The notes under the pieces: model-generated
Databases searched by the model: none
What the model saw: the letters and a program-made list of their open reading frames with translations, nothing else
Told to the model about the DNA's origin: nothing
Made by a program: the position numbers and the translations under genes
Shown here: positions 55,816 through 64,000 of the stretch, piece by piece
Position numbering within the stretch: position 1 is the first letter of the stretch
How the letters are laid out: each line of letters starts with the position of its first letter
Source of the DNA: a virus
Virus record (IMG/VR): IMGVR_UViG_3300046170_000173
Reading direction: 5' to 3' (one strand)
Length of the DNA stretch: 64,000 bases

Positions 55816-58257
55816 ATGGCAAATCAAATTTTAGCGGGTGCGGTGTTTCAGGCTGGTCAAGTAATTGCCGGTGTTGACGCAGACAATCCGCCATACGTAG
55901 GACCACCACCACCAACATTAATAGTAGGTGCAAAATTTAATGATCAAACAGGTTCATTATATTCTTACAATTTAATGGATCTTTCTTCCGAACCAACTAA
56001 AATCACGGCTAGTGATGGAGAACCTTGGGAACAATTTGGTGTCTCTCTTGACATCTCAGGAAATGTTGCGGTTGTAGGTGCATATGACGATGATGATGGT
56101 GGAACCTACGCAGGATCAGTATATGTCTATAATCTATTAGATTTATCTGAAGCACCAACTAAACTGGTTCCTTCTGAACTCGATGATTACGATGATTTCG
56201 GCCTTTATGCTGCAACCAACGGAAACCTTATTGCAGTCGGTGCAAGAATGGACGACGATGCCGCCGGAAATGCTGGTGCAGTTTATGTGTACGACGCATC
56301 TAACCTATCCGCGCAACCAACTAAATTAATTCCACCATCAAGTGTTGACAGTCAATATTTTGGTAGTGATGGATTGTCAATGGACGACAGTTCTTTAGTG
56401 GTAGGTGCCTTGGGATCTAGTACAGTTTATGTTTACGATGTAAATGACCTATCCGCACAACCAACCGCACTAACTGCGTTTGACGCTGCAGCAAACGATG
56501 GGTTTGGTAAAGCAGTTGCAATGACATCTACTAAGATATTCGTTGGTTCTTTGAATGACGATGATAATGGTCAGGACACCGGATCTGTTTATATCTTTGA
56601 TAGAAGTGACCTATCCGCACAAGCAACTAAACTAACTGCCTATGACTCCACATCACAACAAAGATTTGGTGGGACTTTGGCAGTTAGTGATAACTATCTA
56701 TACGTCGGCGCTCAAGGATACTTAAGCAATCAGGGTAGAGTTTACGCATATACACTCAGCAATTTATCCGCACAACCAAGTCAACTAGTTGCATACGATG
56801 GTCAATCAGGTGATGTGTATAGTATCGGTTTGTATGCATCCAACGGATTCTTGGCAGTAGGAGCGTATTTAGACGACGATCCAAATCAGTCAGGTGCGGT
56901 GTATGTTTACGATGAAAGTGATCTATCCGCACAACCTACCAAGTTAAAACCTTCGGATATAGATACAAGCGCTCATTTTGGATATGCCTTTGCGATTGGC
57001 GCAGCAACACCACCAGTAACAGTATCATCTGGATCATCTTCTTCCGTAACATCTTTATCTCCAAAATGGTTGGTTGTTGGCGCTCCTAATGATCCCGACG
57101 CGGTCGGCGCAGCGTCAGGTTCGGTCTATCTTTTCGATGCGAACGATCTATCCGCACAACCGACTAAAATACTTTCTCCAGACCCAAACACTTACGATGA
57201 ATTTGGTAAAGAGGTATCTGCCTTAGGTGACACCTTTGTTGTAGGTGTCTGGGGAGACGATGACGACGGTAGCTACTCAGGTTCGGCATATGTGTATGAC
57301 GCAAATGACCTTTCTTCTCCTACCAAACTAACTGCGTTTGACGGTAGTAATATGGATACTTTCGGTTGGTCAAATACAATTACAACTAGTCAAATCGTCA
57401 TTGGTGCTCCTAAAGAAAGTAATGAGAAAGGTTCGATCTATGTTTATGATAGAAACGATCTAACTGCTCAGGCAACTAAACTAATGGCACCAGACGCAGA
57501 GAACGGAGACCAGTTATCTTGGTCTGTTGATGCTACGGATTCTTTGATTGTTGCAGGTGCCCGATATGATGACAACACTGCGTCGAATAATGGATCTGCT
57601 TATGTTTGGAACGCAAATGATCTAACTTCTGCCCCAACCAGATTAACTGCGTTTGACGAATCCGAGTCCGAATATTTCGGCGAGGCGGTTTCTGTAAGTG
57701 ACAAGCATGTAGTCGTAGGCGCATGGGCAGAAGATCCTACTAACCCAGCTAATGGTGCGGTAGTTAACAACGGTGGAGCGGTATATGTCTTCAATACTTC
57801 AGATCTATCTGCACAAGCGACTAAACTAACTCCTCTTGATGCCGGATCTGCCCAACCGAACGAATATTTTGGACGAGCGGTATCGGCTACTAATGATTGG
57901 ATCGTCGTTGGTGCACGAGGAAATAATAGTATGAATCTTCGCCGAGGCGTAATATACGTATACGATGCGAACGATTTATCAGCAGAACCTACTGTAGTGC
58001 ATCCGCCAGGAAATCATCACGCACAAAGAAACCTATACTTCGGGTCTCATGTAGACATAATCGGAAATATGATTGTCGTTGGTGTTCCTAGTGATGATAC
58101 TAATGCAAATGATGCTGGTGCAGTATATGTATATGATGCAAGCGATCTTTCCGCGGCACCTACACAGTTAACTCAATATGACAATATGACTGCAAACGGT
58201 ATAGGCGGAACCGGCGATTGGTTCGGATCTGCGGTTGCTATCGGTGGCGTTGAATAA
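55816..58257 (+). CDS. FG-GAP repeat (integrin-like beta-propeller) protein
   Basis: About 14 repeats of FG..V......VGA..DD....GAVYVYD..DLSAQPTKL; S/T/P-rich linker near the middle. Confidence 0.88.
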   Translation: MANQILAGAVFQAGQVIAGVDADNPPYVGPPPPTLIVGAKFNDQTGSLYSYNLMDLSSEPTKITASDGEPWEQFGVSLDISGNVAVVGAYDDDDGGTYAGSVYVYNLLDLSEAPTKLVPSELDDYDDFGLYAATNGNLIAVGARMDDDAAGNAGAVYVYDASNLSAQPTKLIPPSSVDSQYFGSDGLSMDDSSLVVGALGSSTVYVYDVNDLSAQPTALTAFDAAANDGFGKAVAMTSTKIFVGSLNDDDNGQDTGSVYIFDRSDLSAQATKLTAYDSTSQQRFGGTLAVSDNYLYVGAQGYLSNQGRVYAYTLSNLSAQPSQLVAYDGQSGDVYSIGLYASNGFLAVGAYLDDDPNQSGAVYVYDESDLSAQPTKLKPSDIDTSAHFGYAFAIGAATPPVTVSSGSSSSVTSLSPKWLVVGAPNDPDAVGAASGSVYLFDANDLSAQPTKILSPDPNTYDEFGKEVSALGDTFVVGVWGDDDDGSYSGSAYVYDANDLSSPTKLTAFDGSNMDTFGWSNTITTSQIVIGAPKESNEKGSIYVYDRNDLTAQATKLMAPDAENGDQLSWSVDATDSLIVAGARYDDNTASNNGSAYVWNANDLTSAPTRLTAFDESESEYFGEAVSVSDKHVVVGAWAEDPTNPANGAVVNNGGAVYVFNTSDLSAQATKLTPLDAGSAQPNEYFGRAVSATNDWIVVGARGNNSMNLRRGVIYVYDANDLSAEPTVVHPPGNHHAQRNLYFGSHVDIIGNMIVVGVPSDDTNANDAGAVYVYDASDLSAAPTQLTQYDNMTANGIGGTGDWFGSAVAIGGVE

Positions 58258-58710
58258 ATGAAAAGGTTTACTGAAATAAGAGAAGCAAGGCGGTCTGCAC
58301 AAGACCGTCTTTCCGCACGTGCGGCGAAACATGGTCTTGGGTCTCAAAAGAAACTAGACAGGATCAAGAAGTCGGCTGACTTTTTCAGTAAACCACCACC
58401 ATCCTTCTCCAAGGCAGAATTGAAGAAGATGGGTTACGCAGTAGAATCTACTGACGCCCAGTTTGATGCGTGGTATAATAAGTCACGAGAACTTGATAAG
58501 ATGCAAAGAGTCTCGGCGGATAAACTTAAAAAGTTTCCTAGAGGTTCTACAGGGTTGACTCCTGATTCGGTAAAGAAAGATCCTAAGTTTAAAAAAGCAA
58601 AGGCGGAGTCTGAAAAGATTTTCAGTGCGGTCAGACAACATAACAGTCGCGCATCAAAAGACTGGTTGCGAATGGCCCGAGATCGTCGACGACAGGACAA
58701 ATTAAAATAA
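58258..58710 (+). CDS. Basic hypothetical protein with a capsid-targeting-like N-terminus
   Basis: MKRFTEIREA. Confidence 0.7.
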   Translation: MKRFTEIREARRSAQDRLSARAAKHGLGSQKKLDRIKKSADFFSKPPPSFSKAELKKMGYAVESTDAQFDAWYNKSRELDKMQRVSADKLKKFPRGSTGLTPDSVKKDPKFKKAKAESEKIFSAVRQHNSRASKDWLRMARDRRRQDKLK

Positions 58711-58719
58711 GGAATAAAT

Positions 58720-58902
58720 ATGAGTAAGACTAAGAAACCACGCAACAAAAAGATGTCTCAAGAGAAACGAGAAAGGTTGCAGTCTACTAGTTCTGAAAAT
58801 AATAGGTTTAGTTTAAAGGGCGATCCCGGCCCAAATCTGAAAAGTAATAATACAAATCGCGCACAATCTAAGGTATTTCGAGGCGCATCAAGAGGAAGTT
58901 AA
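58720..58902 (+). CDS. Small basic hypothetical protein
   Basis: AAGGA RBS; K/R-rich. Confidence 0.55.
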   Translation: MSKTKKPRNKKMSQEKRERLQSTSSENNRFSLKGDPGPNLKSNNTNRAQSKVFRGASRGS

Positions 58903-58903
58903 A

Positions 58904-60085
58904 GTGAAAGATTTTTTTGAATTAAGAGAAGGTAAGGTCACTGCTGAGCTTGAGTCTGTCGAAGAGTCGGTACAGCTTGATCTAACAGAGGCAGCAGTAT
59001 CACGGTCCGACTTTGAGAAGTTAAAGAAGGGAATGCGAATTGAGATTGAATTCGGTTCTTCTATTAGTTCTAGTCAGAAGCGAGTTTTCACTGTAAAGAG
59101 TACATCTCGTAGTGCAAAGTACAATGTCGACAAGGTTAATATGACCATTGATGGTAAAGGTAAGTATCACCTATACAGTCGTAATGGTAAGGACGCGACT
59201 CTTGCGCTAGGTAATATGGCTGCAAGTATCAAATCATACAAGATTCTAGGTACTAATGAGTCGGTCGAACTTGACGAAGCAGTAAACATGGGACCGTGGA
59301 ATCGTGGTGCTATCAATAAAGCAATGGCTAAGGCAGGCATCAAAGGTCCACAAGGCAAGGCATTCATCGCAGCATTGCGTGTGTCCGGAACTGTTAAAGA
59401 AGATGTTGAGGATGTAGAACTTGACGAAGCCGCAGATTTTGAAAAGATATCTAATGAACTCTTGAAACATAAGAAAAAGGGTATTGAGTTCGAGAAGGCC
59501 GCTGCATTCGCACGTGTTATGTTTATGAATTCCTCTTTAAGTGTACAGGATAAGGCATTCATGGGTTTGACTAAGTTGCTCAAGGATATGGACGACTTGG
59601 TAAAGAAGACCACTATTACTAAAATCCTAAAAGATAACGGATTCAGGGTAAAAGGTGGTAAACTTATGCGTGAAGGGTTAGAGGACTCAGTAGAATCGCT
59701 TGATGAAAATTACCGAACTCTTGCAACTAAAGGCATGGGCGCAGAGACAAAGAACTCAATCAACGTTGGAAGAGGTGTTGATTTCTACGAACCTAAGAAT
59801 GGCGATAAGAGAATGGGCAAGATCACTAAGATGACCAAATCTGGTTATGTGGTCAAGGACGAAAAAGACGGTAAGTCTTATACATTCTCTTTCCACGATA
59901 GTTCCAAGGCAAAAGAATTACTTGCAAAACATGGCAAGGGTAAGTACAACGAGTCAGTCAAGACCGAAGACAAAGGTCAGTTCATCTACGCCGCGAAACA
60001 GGCGAAGGCGAAAGGTGACTCTACGTTTGTATTCGCGGGTAAGACCTACAACTGTGAAGAGGTTCTGGAGAATGAAACCGTTTAA
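58904..60085 (+). CDS. Modular protein with repeated acidic E-S/D-V-x-L-D-E linkers (candidate polyprotein)
   Basis: MKDFFELRE; five acidic linkers separate basic modules. Confidence 0.7.
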   Translation: MKDFFELREGKVTAELESVEESVQLDLTEAAVSRSDFEKLKKGMRIEIEFGSSISSSQKRVFTVKSTSRSAKYNVDKVNMTIDGKGKYHLYSRNGKDATLALGNMAASIKSYKILGTNESVELDEAVNMGPWNRGAINKAMAKAGIKGPQGKAFIAALRVSGTVKEDVEDVELDEAADFEKISNELLKHKKKGIEFEKAAAFARVMFMNSSLSVQDKAFMGLTKLLKDMDDLVKKTTITKILKDNGFRVKGGKLMREGLEDSVESLDENYRTLATKGMGAETKNSINVGRGVDFYEPKNGDKRMGKITKMTKSGYVVKDEKDGKSYTFSFHDSSKAKELLAKHGKGKYNESVKTEDKGQFIYAAKQAKAKGDSTFVFAGKTYNCEEVLENETV

Positions 60086-60422
60086 TACATTCCTTGAAGA
60101 CACTATTGACGCCTGCTGCGAATCATGTGCGGGCGAGACTCTTGTCGTCGAGGAATCGGAGTATCAGGGCAAGAAGGTTAAACTGAACAATCCGTTCCGT
60201 ACACCCGATGGTCCAAAGAAGTTTTCTGTGTATGTAAAAAATGAAAAAGGTAATGTAGTCAAGGTGAACTTTGGTGACCCTAACATGGAAATCAAGAGAG
60301 ACGATCCAAATCGTCGTAAAAGTTTCAGGGCAAGACACAACTGTGACGACCCTGGCCCGAAGTGGAAGGCACGTTACTGGTCATGTTATCAGTGGCGATC
60401 AGGTGCCAAGGTAGATAATTGA
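60072..60422 (+). CDS. Conserved hypothetical protein
   Basis: MKPFNTFLE; KKF.VYVK...V.FGDPNM...RRKSFRARH.C...ARYWSC. Confidence 0.75.
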   Translation: MKPFNTFLEDTIDACCESCAGETLVVEESEYQGKKVKLNNPFRTPDGPKKFSVYVKNEKGNVVKVNFGDPNMEIKRDDPNRRKSFRARHNCDDPGPKWKARYWSCYQWRSGAKVDN

Positions 60423-60427
60423 TTTCG

Positions 60428-60435
60428 TATAAATA
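60428..60435 (+). promoter_or_regulatory. T4-type late promoter TATAAATA
   Basis: Exact consensus. Confidence 0.75.
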
Positions 60436-60523
60436 GAAACATTAACTCGTAAGTCAGAACAAGGATCCACTAGATCATATAGATGACTTATATCATTTAA
60501 CACATACTAATGGAACAATCGAA

Positions 60524-60835
60524 ATGAGCGATAACTCCAAAGACTTGTATGAGCATGTGCAACGTGAAGAACAACGCCTCGCTAGAATTGAGGACAAAAT
60601 CGACAAACTTTCCGATGCAATGATTAACTTAGCTCGTGCAGAGGAGAAGTTGATCAATATAGAGAAAGCCAACGCACAAAACTTCGAACGTATGAACCGT
60701 TTCTCTCAGAGAATGGACGACATCGAAGATAGTGTAAACGAACAAGGTAAGACCGTGAAGGTGATGCAGTATATCATTACTCTAACCGCAACAGTCTTTG
60801 CCGGTGTGATCGTCAAAATATTTTTTGACGCCTAA
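60524..60835 (+). CDS. Coiled-coil protein with a C-terminal TM helix
   Basis: RL.RIE.KIDKL; hydrophobic C-terminus. Confidence 0.7.
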   Translation: MSDNSKDLYEHVQREEQRLARIEDKIDKLSDAMINLARAEEKLINIEKANAQNFERMNRFSQRMDDIEDSVNEQGKTVKVMQYIITLTATVFAGVIVKIFFDA

Positions 60836-60847
60836 TTAACGGAGACT

Positions 60848-61591
60848 ATGATGTCAGATATCACTAAAATTATGGAGGCGTATTTGGAAATGGTCTCTGA
60901 GCGTAAGCAAAAAGAAGAGACTGAATGTCCTAAGTGCAAGGGCGAAGGATGCGACCATTGCGATGGTAAAGGCGTCCACGAGAAGAAACTTGATCCAGTA
61001 AACGACAAAGAGAACGATAAGAAGTTCGATGATCGTAAGGACAAGGACATCGACAATGATGGCGATGTAGATTCTTCTGACGAATACCTACACAAGCGTC
61101 GTAAGGCAACTGACGATGCAATCGATGGTGGTAAGAAACCAGCGAAGGAAGAGGTTGAGAAGGACGAAGAAGAGTCTGAAGAAAAACCAAAGAAGAAGAA
61201 GTCCCCAGTCCCACCTAAGAAAGACGACGGCGAAGAAGAGTCCGAAAAACCAGCACCAGAGAGTGATGACGATGAGGAAGAAGAAAAGCCAGAACCAGAA
61301 GGTGGTGACAGCAAGTTGAAACAGAACCCAAAGACCTCTGATAAGAAAGCAGAGATCTCTAAGATCGAGACCAAGGAAGCGTTTGAAGAGTTCTGGTCTG
61401 CATTGATCGAAGCTACTCAAAAGGCTGCGAAGGGAGAAACCCCAGAAGATTCTACTACTCCAGACACCAAACGTGCTCAAGAAATTCACAAAGGTAAGTC
61501 TGATAAGAAGATTGAAGACATGGAAGACGATAGTCATGAAACTGTGTCTAAAGCGGGTAAATCTACCAAGAAGGCCCCAGAGCCTAAGTAG
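60848..61591 (+). CDS. Charged low-complexity protein with CxxCxGxG zinc motifs and a DxDxDG loop
   Basis: CPKCKGEGCDHCDGKG; DIDNDGDVDSSDEY. Confidence 0.7.
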   Translation: MMSDITKIMEAYLEMVSERKQKEETECPKCKGEGCDHCDGKGVHEKKLDPVNDKENDKKFDDRKDKDIDNDGDVDSSDEYLHKRRKATDDAIDGGKKPAKEEVEKDEEESEEKPKKKKSPVPPKKDDGEEESEKPAPESDDDEEEEKPEPEGGDSKLKQNPKTSDKKAEISKIETKEAFEEFWSALIEATQKAAKGETPEDSTTPDTKRAQEIHKGKSDKKIEDMEDDSHETVSKAGKSTKKAPEPK

Positions 61592-61597
61592 TGTATT

Positions 61598-61804
61598 ATG
61601 AACTCGCTATGGGAGTTACTCATTAAGTTAGTGGGTCTGAGAAAGACCCACGAAACCTGTGCTGAAAAACTTCCCATACACAAAATGAGGAAAGATCGAC
61701 TCATTGAGATAGCAATTAAGGAAGGCGTTGACAGGGAGTGTTCCCTTAAACGCCTAACAAAAGACGAACTCGCTGAGAAGATTTACCAGAAACGAAGCGC
61801 TTAA
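61598..61804 (+). CDS. Hypothetical protein
   Basis: Open frame; coupled to the next gene. Confidence 0.55.
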   Translation: MNSLWELLIKLVGLRKTHETCAEKLPIHKMRKDRLIEIAIKEGVDRECSLKRLTKDELAEKIYQKRSA

Positions 61805-62757
61805 TGTCAAGTCTGAGATTCTACGTATTGACTAGTAGTGATATCGATACGCTTATTCGTCAATTCGACACCCTATCTAAAGACCAAACCACGGTCGTTA
61901 TTAACACCCAAGACTCTGAATACGAGTATGAGGTGATAGGATACTGCGAAAGGAACAAGATCGAGTGGTTCGCCACCGACTCCGACGGCACACCCGCAAC
62001 GGGTAAGAACGCAGTCCTCAAAATATTCCTAGAGAGCAAACACGATTACATGGTCCACGTGGACGGTGATGATCTCATTACGCCTTATGGAAAGAACTTC
62101 TACCGCGCAGTCGTCGATACAGACGCACCCGACGTGATCTGTCTCTACAACCAGATATCTTTCTCCCGATGGGATGAGGGTCTGTTGAAGATTCTAAATG
62201 CGAGACCGGACTCTCGTTCCGAAGACTTCATCTACTTCCCCAAGAAATATGTCCCCAAGTGGAGATATGAGTCCGCGAAGAAGCCGGGTAGTAACAATGG
62301 GGTGGAAAGTAAGGTTAGATATTACAAGAGACACCACCCACATATTGATGAGGACAAACGCCTACACTGGGCGATATGTGCGGAGGAACTGACGGACTGG
62401 TGCCACCGATACAACGACAGAGGGAACTCTCTGAACCGAATGGTATTCTTCTCGCGCAAGGCGGCAGAGATGATGGACTACGATCCCGCGATTGTCGTGG
62501 GTGAGGATCAGGTTCAATACTACAAACTGAAGAAACTGGCATTCGACGGTGAGTTGGACATGCGAGTACATAACGAGAGACCTAGATACACATACCTCTA
62601 CATGCAAGATATGCAGAGTACAACACGCAACGATGAGGTCGATTATGATTGGAGAGAGTTGTTACTAGAACAACTAAATAAGATCAAACCGGACATGTGC
62701 CCCGAAAAATACCAACTACCAGAGTTGATACCGCCATATTATGAAGTTAACAAGTAA
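61804..62757 (+). CDS. Glycosyltransferase (GT-A-like) protein
   Basis: VVINT, SDG.PATGKN, VDGDD (DxD), GED. Confidence 0.6.
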   Translation: MSSLRFYVLTSSDIDTLIRQFDTLSKDQTTVVINTQDSEYEYEVIGYCERNKIEWFATDSDGTPATGKNAVLKIFLESKHDYMVHVDGDDLITPYGKNFYRAVVDTDAPDVICLYNQISFSRWDEGLLKILNARPDSRSEDFIYFPKKYVPKWRYESAKKPGSNNGVESKVRYYKRHHPHIDEDKRLHWAICAEELTDWCHRYNDRGNSLNRMVFFSRKAAEMMDYDPAIVVGEDQVQYYKLKKLAFDGELDMRVHNERPRYTYLYMQDMQSTTRNDEVDYDWRELLLEQLNKIKPDMCPEKYQLPELIPPYYEVNK

Positions 62758-63109
62758 GAGTATCGTCGTTTACGCAGCAAAGAACTACTACAATCCGACC
62801 TGTATTGATGGGGAAGAGTTCTTTGACGACCTCAAACGTTTTAAATACGTCAAGAGACTGGTCAATCGATACTACCAGAACAACGATCTCGCAGAGCGTC
62901 TCATCCTGAATCACCTTATTGTCATCTTCAACGTGTTTGGTCACGAGGCCGGTGTGGAGATCCTCGCTGCAAAAATCCCACTTGAACAGTGGTCTGCATT
63001 AAAACCTTTCCTTATTTTTCTCCGTGCGGTCCATAATACCGATCTTACCGGAATTAAAATGGATAAATACGTAGTAGAAAAGTTAAGAGGTCTCCGATGG
63101 GAATCCTAA
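62741..63109 (+). CDS. Conserved T4-like hypothetical protein
   Basis: YA.K.Y.NP.C....EF..DLKRFKY.KRL, ERLILNH.I...NVFG. Confidence 0.75.
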   Translation: MKLTSKSIVVYAAKNYYNPTCIDGEEFFDDLKRFKYVKRLVNRYYQNNDLAERLILNHLIVIFNVFGHEAGVEILAAKIPLEQWSALKPFLIFLRAVHNTDLTGIKMDKYVVEKLRGLRWES

Positions 63110-63693
63110 AATCTGCGGCAGATGTCGTTTATACAATTCGTTTCTTGAAACTACTCGTTACTCCATTCGAGGACACACCTGCGTTTAAGGCAGGAATCAT
63201 CGATGAGAAGGGCAATCGTCGCAAAGATTTTAATACAGACTCTATGGATGATCGTGAGGCGTATCGTGAAAACTATACTGCATTTCACCGTCTAGTTTAT
63301 AATCTGAAGAAGATCATGGCGAAGGCACCAGGCGGACAGTCTATTGTTGCTCGTTACGGTGCCGCACTCGCACTCATCAAAGAACACGGTGATTTGTCTG
63401 ATAAAGGCGTCGAGAAGATCCACACAGAGACGGGCATCGACATAATGGACTTCCTATTGGAGTCTCAGTCCAAGTGGTATCTCGTAGAGAATGGTAACCT
63501 AGGGCCAGGCGTGTATCGTATGGAAAACGACACACTCACCGATCAAGCAGAAGATATAGTCCGTAAGGACGATCAAATCCGCGTTACTGATCACAACCAT
63601 ATTGATGACATCTTGGGTATCTCCATTTACGAAGGTGTCCATATCAAGACAGGACGTAGAGTTCTGTTCTCCGCAAATGAGGTGCGAAAGTGA
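63097..63693 (+). CDS. Conserved T4-like hypothetical protein
   Basis: RFLKLLVTPF....A...GIID..G, YT.FHRLV.N.K. Confidence 0.75.
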   Translation: MGILKSAADVVYTIRFLKLLVTPFEDTPAFKAGIIDEKGNRRKDFNTDSMDDREAYRENYTAFHRLVYNLKKIMAKAPGGQSIVARYGAALALIKEHGDLSDKGVEKIHTETGIDIMDFLLESQSKWYLVENGNLGPGVYRMENDTLTDQAEDIVRKDDQIRVTDHNHIDDILGISIYEGVHIKTGRRVLFSANEVRK

Positions 63694-64000
63694 GAACCCT
63701 AGATGATCTACAACTCGACTTCGTCTTGGAGTCGATGAACAATCCTTATAAGGCTACCCTGAATAAAACAGGGAAGACCGAATACCGATCCGACTTTACT
63801 ACCGACAGTGGTGATAAGGTCAGTGTCTACTTTGAAGGTGACGAACACATCGATGACTACGATGAAACGGACTGGGAGATCTCATTCGTTCGCAATGGAA
63901 GTCAGTCGTTAACTGGAGAAGGTGACGCTATGCGTATTTTCGCGACTGTTATAAAACTTCTCAGAGAATTTATCAAGAAAGAGAAACCCGTTTACTTCAA
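63690..64000 (+). CDS. Hypothetical protein (partial, runs off the window)
   Basis: GTGA overlap; open frame MRTLDDLQLDFVLES...TGEGDAMRIFATVI. Confidence 0.65.
   Translation, partial: MRTLDDLQLDFVLESMNNPYKATLNKTGKTEYRSDFTTDSGDKVSVYFEGDEHIDDYDETDWEISFVRNGSQSLTGEGDAMRIFATVIKLLREFIKKEKPVYF

Noticed and set aside
55816-58257. Regularly spaced DNA repeats resembling a CRISPR array
   Set aside because: They are in-frame FG-GAP protein repeats about 150-170 nt apart; no cas genes nearby
60450-60490. TAAGTCA/TGACTTA inverted repeat in a late leader
   Set aside because: Only 7 AT-rich base pairs; not distinguishable from chance without homologues

Overview
A 64 kb segment of a large T4-like (Tevenvirinae/Kyanoviridae-style) myovirus genome, almost entirely coding on the + strand and probably infecting a marine heterotrophic proteobacterium. 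The host assignment is inferred from consensus sigma70 promoters and aceA, iscU, AOX and cytochrome c peroxidase genes. Order of modules: (1) end of terminase gp17, then gp18-19-20-(67/68-like)-21-22-23-3; (2) uvsY, uvsW, gp55, gp47/46/45/44/62, regA, sHSP and DNA polymerase gp43; (3) an early-promoter cassette region containing a C5-cytosine MTase overlapping a CmoA-like gene; (4) an AEP-like primase candidate, nucleotide-sugar genes, uvsX and gp41; (5) a region of tRNAs and auxiliary metabolic genes (10 tRNAs in the window; isocitrate lyase, IscU, di-heme peroxidase); (6) a late cluster of probable capsid-internal proteins plus an FG-GAP beta-propeller protein. Most notable: a putative DNA cytosine carboxymethylation pair, in which the MTase has Asn->Arg in motif X next to a Cx-SAM synthase. 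A manual scan found CCNGG only as GCCNGG/CCNGGC. About 10 proteins carry a T4-type capsid-targeting N-terminus, one of them an apparent protease-cleaved polyprotein. Structured RNA candidates include a ~156-nt rod after tRNA-Ala, tandem pseudoknots and a ROSE thermometer, and there is a perfect antisense sigma70 promoter. All calls come from reading sequence motifs; no database searches were run.
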